Below are positions 49,320 to 62,094 of a stretch of DNA of 64,000 bases, piece after piece. The stretch spans positions 7,130,001 through 7,194,000 of the forward strand of contig NC_087436.1 of assembly GCF_036321535.1 (NCBI RefSeq), in the 5' to 3' direction. The position numbers and the translations under genes are program-made. The stretch comes from Camelus dromedarius (taxonomy: Eukaryota). Numbering within the stretch: position 1 is the stretch's first letter; every line of letters begins with the position of its first letter. The notes under the pieces are model-generated. The model was not told the DNA's origin, did no database searches, and worked only from the letters and a program-made list of their open reading frames with translations.

Positions 49320-50104
49320 TAGCTTCCTGCAATCGCAACTTATTTCCTTGTGATGCACAGAAATTAACTCTCAACTCCACCCTTGGGCTCTTTGCAATGT
49401 AAACTCTCCACTCCGAGACCTACTATTCTCAAAGTAAAAATGATAAATACATCACAAAATTATTTAAGAAGCTCTGTTTTCCTGAGGAACTGGGCAATTA
49501 CAGTGGCTTTGCTTGGTTACTGTGAGATGGGGGAGGATGCTGTGAAGTTTAGTTTTATTCTGGACAGACAGCGTTTAAGAGGAGGAGGATTTGGGGAAAC
49601 ATCCGAAAGAGCGTGCAGAACACTGTGCACTTATTTGCTTGTCTGCATTAAAGCTAGCCTGACAACCAATTTACTTTGTTTGTTAATCTATTTTTTTTTC
49701 TAATGATATTTAAGTCTGTGTTTGTTTCATTTTTCTTCTATGATAATAGACAACAAATGCCCATCACTGTGTATTGTTATTACATACGCTGATATTTCTT
49801 ATTAAAATTCTATTATTTTTTTACACCTTTGAACTCAATTGTTCTCATTAAGTATATTGATCATAGGATCAATTTCCAATGCTTTTATCTCATTCATTCA
49901 TTACACTTAACTCTTTTCGAGGTATGCTAACTTTTTTTTTTTATGAAGCAAAGGCTATCTACTCAACCATCTATTACACTAAGATACTTTTAATTTCTCT
50001 TTTCTTTGCCAAACAAATTACCACAATAGAGTACTTGTTGATTACTCAAACGTCACTCTTCTGAATACATTTTGGGGTGTTCATATTCTATACCTACCTT
50101 TTAA

Positions 50105-50219
50105 AAAAAACTTTTATTTTAATTTTTAATAATTTTTTTCAGTGGAGGTACTGGGGATCGAACCCAGGACCCTGTGCATGCTAAGCATGTGCTCTACCAC
50201 TGAGCTACACCCTCCCCCC
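50105..50219 (-). mobile_element. Vic-1-type SINE
   Basis: Antisense tRNA head, AT-rich tail. Confidence 0.92.
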
Positions 50220-50853
50220 ATACTTATCTGAAGGACAGTTGCTCTGTCTCAGCTGTCTGGTTGCTGGTCTCTCTCGCTGCTGGCAGATAATCTTTCTGTC
50301 AGTGTGAGTCGATCTTTCATCAGTTCAGGATCTGTTGAGAGTGTTTTTATTCTAAAATCCTTGAGAGGAAAACACTGGGCTGAAAGCAGAACTTTTTTTT
50401 TTCTTCTCGAATTGTGACTGTTCCCCTTTTCTGAAAATAAGTGACATTATACATACATCTTGGAAATATTCACAATGGCCTTTTTTTTTTTTTTTACATT
50501 TGCAAGGCCATGTGAAAAGTCATTTGTTAAAAAAAAAAAATCAGGTAGGAGTAAACAGGAAAAAAATTGAGAAGGAAATGCCCAGTGTGTCAACAGGAAA
50601 GAGGGTTGTCGGAATAAGATCGACTACCATGGAAAGGGAGACTTCTGGCATCTACACTTTATAACGTTTACACATTTAGTCTGCAAATATTTCGGGTAGT
50701 TTTTAGTGTTGCCATCTTTTACTTTTTAATTATTCTCAGAATGACGTTGAAGAAAAGGAATGAATGAAAATAATATTCCAAGATGCAGGGAAGTTCCATG
50801 CTATCGCTGGAGGGAAGAGGAAAGGATTTCCGTAGGGACCATCAGATCTAGAA

Positions 50854-51000
50854 GGAGACAGAGTAGAGCTCAGTGGTCGAGCGCGTGCTTGGCATGCATA
50901 AGGCCCTGGGTTCAACCCCCAGGACCTCCATTAAAAAAAAAAAAGTAAATAAATAATTAAATAATCTAACTAAACCCCCACCCCTTCTGGAAAAAAAAAA
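50854..51000 (+). mobile_element. Vic-1-type SINE (long form)
   Basis: tRNA head with several CpGs retained, two A tracts. Confidence 0.88.
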
Positions 51001-51019
51001 TAGGAGAGAAAAGGGTGCA

Positions 51020-51760
51020 GCTCCGCATGTTTGTGGATCAGGCGATTTTTCAGGGTCTTGGGTTGGGGCGGCTGGACTGGACGTCACCTTCCCGTGCGGC
51101 GGGGGTGGGAAGCCTCCTTCTGCAACACGCCCCTTCGGCCTCACTGGACTCTTAAGCAAGAAAGGAGAGACATGGCCCCTCCTCTCCCAGCTCATCTCCC
51201 TAATTTTGGCCACACCGATTTCTTCTTATCCTTCGCGTCAGCCTGAACCTCTCTCACAGAGGGCTTGCCAGTTCCTACCTCCCCGCCTTCCTCAGGTCCA
51301 CCGACTGCGCATCCTCGTGGTTTTTCTTTCTTTCTCTTTTGTCCCACAGTGCCGTGGGCAGTTTGCATCCGGGCGGTTTCGTCTGAGCAGCACCGTCTGG
51401 CTCGCCCCGCACTGCACCACCCACGCAGCCCTGCGCAGTCAGGCGCTGAGCGCCAGCCGCGTCTGTGACGTCGCGCGGCGCCCGAGGGCACCTACATCGC
51501 CACCTTAAGGGCCGCTATTGAAACTCCGTTCTGAATGCATTTTGCAATTACACCATTATCCTTTCTGCAAGAGAAACCTCCGGGCTGTCTTCCGCAGGGA
51601 CAGATGCGCCGTGGTCGTGGTCGGGTCCATCCAAGGCTTTCCTGAGAACCTAAAATATGCCGTGGGAGGCGCGGCGCTGAGAGTTACCCCACACGGTGAT
51701 TCCGACAGTAGATATTGTCTGGCGGGCGCATCTTTCCAAATTCTCCCTTTCATCCTCTCG
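51020..51760. promoter_or_regulatory. CpG island, candidate promoter
   Basis: About 700 bp GC- and CpG-rich non-repeat sequence; CRE-like GACGTCA (51080) and TGACGTC (51466); TGCGCA motifs. Confidence 0.7.
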
Positions 51761-52339
51761 TTTCCCTGCGCAGGAACATACAATGGCTTGGGCCGTCATA
51801 TTAAATCATAAGCCTGCAAAGTGGGAGGCCAGGTGGACTTCCCAGGTGCCTCACGTATCTCCTTTAAGAAATGAGGATTTCCAGATCCAGAGAGGTCCGG
51901 TGGTTCTTCTGGAGCCAGAGCTGGAGAGCGGAGGGTCCAGGAAGCCCTGTCGTCTCTGTTTACTTTTCAGCTGGTCCCCACCCGAGTCCTGCTCTTCTTG
52001 CCTGATTTCCTTGTCAATACTCCCTCTGCACCGGGCAGGGAAATACTGACTCCCTCGTGCAGGTTACTGAGCCTGGGGTAGGACTTTGCTTTTTTGAGCG
52101 GTCACCCCCTGCTTGGGCTCCCTCTCCAGTCTCCCCTTGTCCGCAGTATTAAACTTTTCCAGAAGCAGAGGTCTGGCATATTCTTTCCTTGCTGGAAAAC
52201 GTGGACATCATCAAATTCCCAGGCTCCTTCCCTCATCTGATCTCCCAACTTTTCTCTTTTGTGTCCTCTTATTCCCCCTTTAAAAAAAAATGTTTTTCAT
52301 GTTTACCTGTACTTTAACCATTGTTGGAATTCTTTAAAT

Positions 52340-52795
52340 CTTTTTTTTTTAACATTTTTTTATTGAGTTACAGTCATTTTACAATGTTGTGTCAAATTCC
52401 AGTGTAGAGCATAATTTTTCAGTTATACATGAACATACATATATTTATTGTCACATTTTTCTCTCTGTGAGCTACCACAAAATCTTGTATATATTTCCCT
52501 GTGCTGTACAGTATAATCTTGTTTGTCTATTCTGCATATGCCTGTCAGTATCTACAAATTTTGAACTCCCCGTCCGTCCCTTCCCACCCCCCTCCCCGCT
52601 GGCAACCACAAGTTTGTATTCTATGTCTATGAGTCTGTTTCTGCTTTGTATTTATGCTCTTTTTTTTTCTTTTTTTAGATTCTGTGTATAAGCGATCTCA
52701 TATGGTATTTTTCTTTCTCCTTCTGGCTTAATTCACTTAGAATGACATTCTCCAGGGGCATCCATATTGCTGCAAATGGCGTTATGTTGTCACTC
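52340..52795 (-). mobile_element. Young L1 3' end, same subfamily as 29599-31059
   Basis: Shared 'cattttacaatgttgtgtcaaattccagtgtagagc'. Confidence 0.93.
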
Positions 52796-54685
52796 TTATT
52801 CCCTTGTAAACACCCTTTGCCCTTAGCCTCGCCAAGCAAAAATGACCCTGTGTTGGTCATGCCTGCCCCGTGTCAATTATCTAAAATATGACCCCCTTTT
52901 GCATGAATTCACTATGTCGGAATTCTTATCCCCGCTGTCTAGCCTTTAACGTGTCCTGTACGCATCCAAATCCTACTCCTCCATGACGATCGGCCCACTG
53001 AGGGGTTTTGGAGAGTGGATCCTTTAGTGAATTGGCTTTTGGGGAGCTGGTCTGTTTCCTTCTGTCCTCCACGGAGCCTGAACGTATCTGTCCATCCAGA
53101 CGCAGTGTCTCTAGTCTGAACTCTCGCTGCATTTTCTCTGTGCTTCGCTCAGGCCCTAACTTGTGTCATAGTTACACACCCCTGTTCTCCATTAGATTGC
53201 GAACTTCTCTCAGGACCAGTGTTGAATCCATATTTCCGTCCCTTCCCATTCAGGGTCCTCTAGTGCTTTGCACAAAGCTGATACTCAAGAAATACTTTTG
53301 AATAAAGCTGTTGAATGAGTAATGGGTGTGCTCAAATATTTTAATTTGTCACTTCCTCTGAGCATGTGCTTCAAGAGGACACCATGAGATAGGTCTGATA
53401 TTAAATGCGACAATGTCTTTGAAATCCCGCGTGAGGTATGAAAGAGTTTTTCCTGTTAGGGTAGAGTCCATGCCTAGAATATTTGTGTTATCCTCAGGCT
53501 GGCCAACAGTATATCTTTTGGTGGTTGTGATCCAAATGAGGCTGAATTTGGGGTGAAATTTGTGTCCCCAACCTCACTATGTTTTAATCGAAATGCACTT
53601 TTGTTTTTGTATCCCCTCACCATTGGGACAAATCCCTTGTATGCTAATACATCTACCAAGTAGCTCACTGGATGAAGTGAGATATTTAAACGTCTTTCCA
53701 AATTTATCACACAGGCATGCTTTCTCCTATAAGGAAATTGCTTGCTGTGTAATGAGAACTGACTATCCTGAAGCAGCCGTTACCAATCTTTACCAAATAT
53801 TGGAGTCATCTGTAGAGCTTCAAAATAATCCCAATGTGCAGACCACGTCCTGCATTAATTAAATGTGAATCTCTAGTGATTTCACTGAGCAGCTGATACT
53901 GCACTAAAAGACTTACTCTGGCCATAACACTTTGAGGTGTTTCTTTCCAGTGAAGGTTCTTTTTTTGGTGACGGCTACTTGATTTAAAAACGTTGATTTC
54001 TTTGCTTCCCGTGTAACCAGGAATCATACTCCAGGTTTCTGGTATTTTTCTTATAGCTTTATTAAGGTATAATTGCTATGCAAAACGTTACACATATTTA
54101 ACACGTACAGTGTGATGAATTTTGACATAAGCCAACACACATGAAGCCATCACCACATCAAGGCAGTAAACATAACCATTGCCTCCAAAAGTTTCCTCTT
54201 GCCTCTTTGTTTTATTTTGTTTTGATCTGGTTTTGGTAGTAAGAACGCTTAACATGAGACACACCCTTTTAGCAAAAAGTTTTCGATACACAATAGAGTT
54301 TTGGTAACCTTTAGGCACTACGCTGTGTAGCAGTTCTCTAGAACTTACACGTTTTGTGTAACTGAAATTTATACTCATTGAAAATAACTCTGCTTCCCCC
54401 TTGACGCCAGACCCTGTTCACCATCATTCCGCTCTCTGACTTACGGGTTTGACTATTTTAAGTGCCTTACATAAGTGGGGTCACGTGTGTTTTTTCCCTT
54501 TTTTTTGTGACTGGCTGGTTTCACTTAGCAAAACGCCCTCCAGGTTTATCCACGTTGTTGCATATGGCAAGATTTCCTTCTTTTAAGGAGACTAACAAGC
54601 ACTGTAGTTGCAGCTATTAGAATAAAATTTCTTAACTATTAAAAAAAACCCTGAGTAATATTTTATTCCATATGCTTTAGCCATT

Positions 54686-55031
54686 TGCTGTGGTCTCAAT
54701 GTTTGTTCCCCCAAAATTCATAGGTTGAAATTCTAACCCTCAAAGGGGAGGTGCACCCTTTGGGAGGTGCTTAAGCCATGAGGGTGGAGCCCTTATGAAT
54801 GGGATTAGTGTCCTTTTAAAAGAGGCTCCACACAGATTCCTAGACCCTTCCACATGTGAGGACAGAGCACGGAAGGAACCAGGAAGAGGACCTTCACCAG
54901 AACATGACCATGATGGTGTCTTGGTCTTGAACTTCTCACAATTCTCTAGAACTGGGAGGATTAAATTTCTACTCTTTATAAACCACCCAGCCTGTGAAAT
55001 TTTGTTACAGCAGCCTGAATGGACTAGGACA
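54686..55031 (+). mobile_element. MLT1A-like solo LTR
   Basis: 'tgctgtggtctcaatgttt...cagcctgaatggactaggaca'; TSD ccatt/ccagt. Confidence 0.92.
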
Positions 55032-55042
55032 CCAGTCACCCA

Positions 55043-55130
55043 TTTTTTTTTTTAATGGAGGTACTGTGGATTGAACCCAGGACCTCATGCATGCTAAGCA
55101 TGTGCTCTACCACTGAGCTGTACCCTCCCC
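55043..55130 (-). mobile_element. Vic-1-type SINE (short form)
   Basis: Antisense head directly followed by a T tail. Confidence 0.92.
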
Positions 55131-56830
55131 TAACATTCATCTATAAATGGACATTTAGGTTGTTCCCATATCTTGGTTATTATGAATAGGCTGCAATGAA
55201 CCTGAGCTTGCAAATCTCTCTTTGAGATCCTGACTTCAATTCCTTTGGATAAATATCCAGAAACAGGATTGCTAGATCATACGGTAAGTCTATGTTTGGT
55301 TTTTTGAGGAACTTCCATACTATTTTTCATAGCAGCTGCACCATTTTACATTCCCACCAACCCATTCCTACCAGGGTTCCAATTTCTCCACATTTTTGCC
55401 AACACTTGTCATCTTTTGCTTTTTGGTAATAGCCATCCTAACAGGTGTAAGGTGATACCTCATTGTGATTTTGGTTTGCAATTCCCTGTGAATTATTGAT
55501 GTTGAACACCTCTTCATATACTTAACCATTTATGGTTGGAGAAATGTCTATTCAAGTCCTTTGAACATTTTTCAGTCCAGTTATTCATCTTTTTGCCCTT
55601 GAGTTGTGGGATCCCATACGTCTTGGAGATTAACTCCTTAGCAGATATATAGTTTGCAAATATATATTCTCTCCTCTGTAGGCTGCCTTTTTATTTTGTT
55701 GACAGTTTCTCTTGCTGTGCAGAAGCTTTTCCATCTGATGTAGTCCCACTTGCTCAGTTTTGCTTGTGCTTTTGGCATCATATCCAAGAAATCATTGCCC
55801 AGACCACCGTCAACAAGATTTCTCCCTATGTTTTCTTCTAGTAGTTTTACAGTTTCAGGTCTTACATTTAAATCTTTAATTCATTTTGAGTTGATATTTG
55901 TGTCTGATGTAAGATAAAGGTCTACCTTCATTCTTCTGCGTGTAGACATCCACTTTTCGAAGCACTATCTGTGGAAGAGACTACAGTTTTTCCATTGTGT
56001 GTTTCCATTGGCACCCTCATTAAATATCAATTGACCGTATACATACGGGTTTATTTCCGGGCTCTCTATCCTGTTCCATTGCTCTATATATCTGTTTTTA
56101 TGCCAGCACCATACTCTTTTGATCACTATAACCTTGTAATGTATTTTCAAATGAGGGTGTGTGATGCCTCCAGCTTTATTCCTCTTGCTCAAAATCACTC
56201 TGGCTATTTGGAGTCTTCTGTGGTGTTTCCATATGAATTTGAGAATTGATTTTTCTATTTCTGTAAAGAATGCCATCTTTAATTTGGAATTTTGATCCAT
56301 TTGACATTTAATTTGCGGACTACTTTGGATAGTATGGAAAATTGAACAATATTAAGTCTTTCAACTCATGAACATATGATGTCTTTCCATTTATTTATAT
56401 CTTTTAAAATTTCTTTCATCAATGTTTTATAATTTTCAGTGTACAAATCTTTCACCTCCTTGGTTAAGTTTATTTCTAAGTATTTTTTTTTTTGATGCTA
56501 TAGTAAATGAAATTACTTTCTTAATTTCTTTTTTTTGGATAACTTGTTGTTAGTGAATAAAAATGCAACTGATTTTTGTTTGTTGATTTTGTATCCTGAA
56601 ACTTAGTTGAATTCATTTTTAGTTTTAATAGGGTTTTTTTTTTGTGTGTGACATTTTTAGGGTTATCTACATATAAGATCCTGTCGTCTGCAGAGATAAT
56701 TTTACTTCTTCCTTTGTGATTTGGATACTTTTTATTGCTTTTTCTTGCCTAATTACTCTGGCCAGTACTATGTTGAATAGAAGTGGTGAGAATGGGCATC
56801 CTTGTCTTGGTCCTAACCTTAGAGGAAAAG

Positions 56831-57165
56831 TGCTGTAAACTGAATATTTGTGTCCCCCAAAATCCATATGTTGAAGCCCTAATCCCCAATGTGTTGCTGT
56901 CTGGAGGTAAGGCATTTGGGAGAAGTTAGGTCATTAATGTGGAGCCCTCAAGTAGGGGATTAGTGTCTTTATAAGAAGAGTCATAAGAAAGGATTTCTCT
57001 CCTCACCATGTGAGGATACAGTAAGAAGGCAGCTTTTGGCAAACCAGGAGGAAGATTTTTATCAGGAAATGAATCAGCTGGTGTCTTGATCTTAGACTTC
57101 CCAATCTCCACAACTGTGAGAAATAAATTTCTGCTGTCTTAGGTATTTGGTATAGCACCAGGACA
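56831..57165 (+). mobile_element. MLT1A-like solo LTR
   Basis: 'tgctgtaaactgaatatttgtgtcccccaaaatccatatgttgaagccctaa'; TSD aaaag/gaaag; splits the L1 RT region. Confidence 0.92.
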
Positions 57166-58189
57166 GAAAGCTTTTCAGTTTTTCACCACTAAATGTGATG
57201 TTAGCTATGGGCATTCATGTGTGGCTTTTTTATGTTGACATAAATTCCTTTCTGTACTTAGTATGAGAATTTTTATGTGAAAGGGTGTTGAATTTTGCCA
57301 GGTGATTTTTCTGATGGATTGAGGTGATTATATGATTTTTATCCTTCATTTTGTGTATCACATTACTTGACTTATGTATGCTGAACCATTCTTACATCCC
57401 AGAGATGAATCCCACTTGGCTGAGGTATGATCCTTTAAATGTGCTGCTGGGTTTGGTTTGCAGTATTCTGTCGAGGACGTTTGAATCTATATTCATCAGG
57501 GATACTGGACTGTGGTTTTTTTCTCTTGCGGTGTCTTTATCTGGCTTTGCTGTCAGGGTAATACTGGCTTCATATAATGAGTTTGGCAGTGTTCCTTCCT
57601 CTTCTATGTTTTGGAAGAGTTTGAGAAGGGTTAGAGTTAGTTCTTCTTTAAATGTTTGGTAGGATTCCCCAGTGAAGTCATCTGTTCCTTGCTTTTCTTT
57701 GTTGGAAGGTGTTTAATTGCTGATTCAATCTCATTACTTTTATTGGTCTGTTCAGATTTTCTGTTCCTTCATGACTCAGTCTCGGAAGGTTGTATGTTTC
57801 CAGTAATTTATGCATTTCTTCTAGGCTATCCACTTTGTTGGCATATAATTGTAGGCTCTTACGGTCCTTTGTATTTCTGTGGTATCAACTGTAATATGTT
57901 CTAGGCTTTGTGCCAAATGTTCCCTAATACAATTACAATTTACCTGAACATCCTATCTCATTGGTATTATAATATGTGAATATTTTCTTTAGGATAACGT
58001 GACACGGTAAAACACTGGGTATCAGAACATCTCAGGTCAAGTCAGTGCTAGCATACTGCCAACCAGGGGCACATGGGGCAATCCCACATCATCTTAGTTT
58101 CCTCACTTGTAAGATTAAAATATTTCCAAGGTCTCATGTTCAAATGCTTGACCCACTCATTTATAAGCCCAGGTGGTGACAGATTATAG

Positions 58190-58760
58190 GGCAGCATAAG
58201 AAATTATTAAAAGCCCAAGGCTTAGAGTCCATCTAAGGATTTTAAGATGGATTTGAATCCTGGCTCCACCAACTGCTGTTCTCTAACTTATGGTCAGCTG
58301 CTGCTGCAAAATGGGTTTTCCAGAAGCAGACGCTGAGAAGTTCGGTATGCAGAGTCTTTAGGGATCATGAAAGGAAGAGAAAGCAAGCAGGGTTGGTAAG
58401 GAAGAAATCAAAAGTAACGCAGGCTTGGAAAAGGCTTGGCCAACCCCGTGTGGAAATGGATGGAGCATCCATGATATCAGAGTGGTCCATGATTGGGTCA
58501 GGCTTTCCACCCTTTTGTGATTCCTTATTTGATATGAGCTTCCCTGGAAAGCATGCTCGTTGGGCAGAAGGGTTCTCTGCGGCTGGAGAGCAGCTGGAGG
58601 AACACATCCTCCCTTGAAGAAGGATGTTGGTGGTGCATTTTCACAGGAGCTACCTGATCCTTTCAGAGCGCATTTCCCAAGTGGTGATAATAATAGAATT
58701 TGCCTCCCAGGGTGCTGGGGTAATTAGATGGATTATTTTACATGACGTGCTTAGAACAGG
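58190..58760 (+). mobile_element. MIR split by an antisense LTR16/33-like fragment (about 58305-58645)
   Basis: 'tggatttgaatcctggctccacc' then 'gggttttccagaagcagacgctgaga', then the MIR resumes 'aataatagaatttgcctcccagggtgctg'. Confidence 0.6.
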
Positions 58761-58859
58761 GGTGGGGGACACAGCGGAGGTCTGAAATACACCACTGAAG
58801 ATGATGATACAGGTGCCATAGACCTTTTGAGCAGTCGGGGAAGTTGGAGTTCATCTAAT

Positions 58860-59030
58860 TCAGTAGGTTCCAAATTTCGGCATGGGTCAGAATCACCTGG
58901 AGGGCTCACTAGACACAGTTTAGGCTCCAGAGTTTCTTGGACAGAGCTTGAGAATTTGCATTTCTCGTAAGTTCTCAAGGAATGCCGACGTTGCTGCGTT
59001 TGTTATCACATCTTGGGGACCACTGGTCCA
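58860..59030. mobile_element. MER5A-like hAT DNA transposon
   Basis: 'cagaatcacctggagggct...gagaatttgcatttctcgtaagttctcaagg...accactgg'. Confidence 0.8.
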
Positions 59031-59469
59031 GACATTTCCTTTTCAGTTGAGATCACACAGGTTACGATCCTGTAGTTAGATTGTCACTGGGGTGAAGTTA
59101 TTGAATCTGGAACCAGCATTCCCGGTCTGCTGCTCTCCCCACTGCGGTAACATGTAATTATCATGTCAGCATTGAAATGACTTCTTTTTTCAGAGCTGAT
59201 ATCGTCTGCAGGGGCTAAAACTATTTTGTTTGTACTGAGATTTTTTTGAATGTGATTAATAGCACGTGTAACATCTGAATCCGTACATTTGTTTCATGGA
59301 TTCCTGCAGATAATGACTCTCATGGACTAATTCCAGGTGGTACATTTCTCTCTGCCAGCACTCCTGGGGCTCTCTGAAGTCAAAGACAAGTGATTTTACT
59401 GGAAAGTTTAATGAAGAAGTTTAATTAAGAGAAAATACTATATAGCATATATCAAACTGTAATGTACTC

Positions 59470-59960
59470 TGCGGACGGAAGTCATGCGGGTTCCTCCGTC
59501 ACCTGAGACTCTGGGGCACGTTCACATCGCCTGCAGTTACTGGAGGGCTGTTTCCTTCCCAGACTGTTGTCTGAGGCACTGGGGCTCCTGCTTCTGCCGT
59601 CATCCTCCCAACTTTCTCTGTCCTCCTCGGCAGACGTCATGCCCATCTCGCCTCCTCGCCCGCACCGCATACCGCCCGCGCACTCTGAGCTATCTTCCCG
59701 CGGCCTTAGCGCCCTCTTCTCTTTCAATCTTTCTCCACTCGCATGTGGTAAATGCTAAGCCCTGGGGGGAAAAAACAGAGCTACCTTTGCTAAATTGCTC
59801 TCGCCTCTCTGTGGACAAAAGACACACTGCTCCCGTGTTCCCGCTGCAATCTGGGCATCTTCAGAGATGCCGCGTGGGCCTGGCCAGCCTGGACTCCCTT
59901 GTCGTGATTCTGCATTAACGAACTGGGCTGGTTCTGCCAGTCAGAGGGGAACTGGACCGT
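59470..59960. promoter_or_regulatory. CpG-retaining block, candidate regulatory element
   Basis: CGGAAGT (ETS-type) near 59476, GACGTCA near 59633, clustered CpGs. Confidence 0.4.
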
Positions 59961-60679
59961 TTTCGGGGGACATCAGCCTAGTTTTGGTTTTACACCTTCC
60001 TGAGTGTTGATAATCTCTTCTCACTCCTTCCCAGAGAGTCCTCTTGGCTTCTCTGAGAGCCTCCCCTTCCTGGCCTCCCTCCGAGGACCTCAAGCTACAG
60101 CGTATTTCTCCCCTGTAGCTCCCTCACGTAAGGTGGGTCTTTCTAGTGAAAATGAAAAAAGACAAACACTTATATTTTCCTATTGTTCAGCTTCTTGGGG
60201 CTCCTGTGACCACATACCTTGCATTCTGACCAAGCCAGCCCTGGAGGGACCATCAGAACCTGTGACCATGTGTGACACTGGCTCCTGGGCCAGGGTCTTA
60301 GATACACTTGTCTTTTCTAATGTGTGCCTGACATCCAGCCAGACCTTTCTGCTGCCCCCACGCCCCTTCACTTGCCTTGAGCTTGGGCAGCTAGAAGGAT
60401 TTTGACAACTGTCCTTAAATTGCAGCCTAAGGGGACCGTTAGGACAGAATATTCATCTAAACATAATTATTGTTCAAACTTAACACCATCAGCTGGAAAG
60501 AGCTACTCAGGAAACAATGGTGAAAAAGACAATAGTCTTAAGACAAAGATTCTCAGACTCTACCTACCTAAAGCACGGAAGGGGATTTTTAATGTTCACC
60601 TTTTTTTTTTTGGGTATTTTTTTTATTACTGCATATACCATGATTCAATATCAGTACGTATGTTTTTTTAATTTCATTT

Positions 60680-60832
60680 CTTTTTAAATTTGTATTTTGT
60701 TTTCCTGGCGGGGGGAGGTAATCAGGTTTATTTTATTTATTTGTTTGTTTATTTTAATGGAGGCAACCAGGGATTGAACCCAGGACCTTGTGCATGCTAA
60801 GCATGTGCTCTATCACTGAGCTAGACCCTTCC
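60680..60832 (-). mobile_element. Vic-1-type SINE (long form)
   Basis: Antisense head with 'gaggtaatcaggttt' linker. Confidence 0.9.
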
Positions 60833-61629
60833 GGCTAAGCTCATTTTTGAGCTGAGTTCACTAGGGAGGAAGATCGGGAATGAAGAACTGATGTGCCTCT
60901 GAGAGGCTGTCCTGGGGCAGCACACCATGTGAGTCAACAAAGACGAAACACAATTCTTATCTCAAAATCTTACAGCAGCGAACGCACAGGCTTTTTGTCC
61001 TCTCTCTAACAGACCACCTGGGAGAAACACCCAAAGTCAAGGGAAGAGGGGGATCCATCAAGGTGATATGAGTGGTGATGGTAACATCCTCTTGCTCTCA
61101 GGGTGTCCAGGAGAGAGGCTGGACCCGGGTCTTTCTCAGATGGGTTCCTGAAGGTTAGCAGAGAGAAAACCATTACAAAACCTGCTGGCACACGGGCTGA
61201 CTCAGTGGTTAGGTGCCGTTGATACACGACTCTAGGAGTTTCACGAGGTGCAGGTGGGAGGCACCATTTTACTGTTTTACAAAATGGTGAAACCAATTCC
61301 AAAGGGCACCTGAGAGCACGTGTCTTGATTCCGTTGTCCCGCCCACCGGTCATGTTTGTTGTAACTTAATTCTTTTCTGAAGTAAGAAGCAGTCCATGCA
61401 AGGTGTGACTGTTTCTTTTCCCTTAGTTTTAAAATAATTTCAAAATCAGTTTATAGAAAAACAAGGTGTTTAGGGCTGAGTGAACAGTTCTGCGAGCTAC
61501 TGGCAACTGGAACTTTGATTTCATTGTTTTTATAACTGCACAAATTGGAAGGAAGAAATCGGAGGATGGAGGAATATTTAGGTTGGTCAGGAGAAGAAAG
61601 GCCAGGGGCCATCTGAATGTGCTTCCTTT

Positions 61630-62082
61630 GATTTTTTAATTTACTTTATTTTTAATTTTTATTTTTTTAGCCTTCTTTTTTATTGAAGTATATTCAGTTT
61701 ACAATGTGTGTCAATTTCTGGTGTACAGCATAATGTGTCAGTCATACGTGAACGTACATATATTTGCTTTCATACTCTTTTTCATTCTAGGTCACTGCAA
61801 GATATTGAATACAGTCCCCTGTGCTGTGCAGAAGAAAATTCTTGTTGACCTATTTTATACTGAGTAGTTAGTATCTGCATATCTCAAACTCCCGATTTAT
61901 CCCTTCCCACATCCTTTCCTCCTTGATAACCATAAATTTGCTCTCTATATCTGTGAGTCTGTGTCTGTTTTGTAAATAAGTTCATTTGTGTCATTTTTTA
62001 GATTCCACATATACGTGATATCATATGGTACTTTTCCTTCTCTTTCTGGCTTGCTTCACCTAGAATGACGATCTCTAGGCCT
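61630..62082 (-). mobile_element. Young L1 3' end
   Basis: 'tattgaagtatattcagtttacaatgtgtgtcaatttctggtgtacagc'. Confidence 0.92.
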
Positions 62083-62094
62083 AAATAAAAATTT

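Larger units (their letters stand above)
54045..57900 (-). mobile_element. Older L1 (~3 kb of ORF2 plus 3'UTR), interrupted by two MLT1A LTRs and a SINE
   Basis: ORF2 remnants [47 protein letters not shown] and [16 protein letters not shown]. Confidence 0.95.

Noticed and set aside
53560..53862. 100-aa ORF with an exon-like acceptor (cacag|GCATGC)
   Set aside because: Weak pyrimidine tract, no recognisable homology and no partner exons
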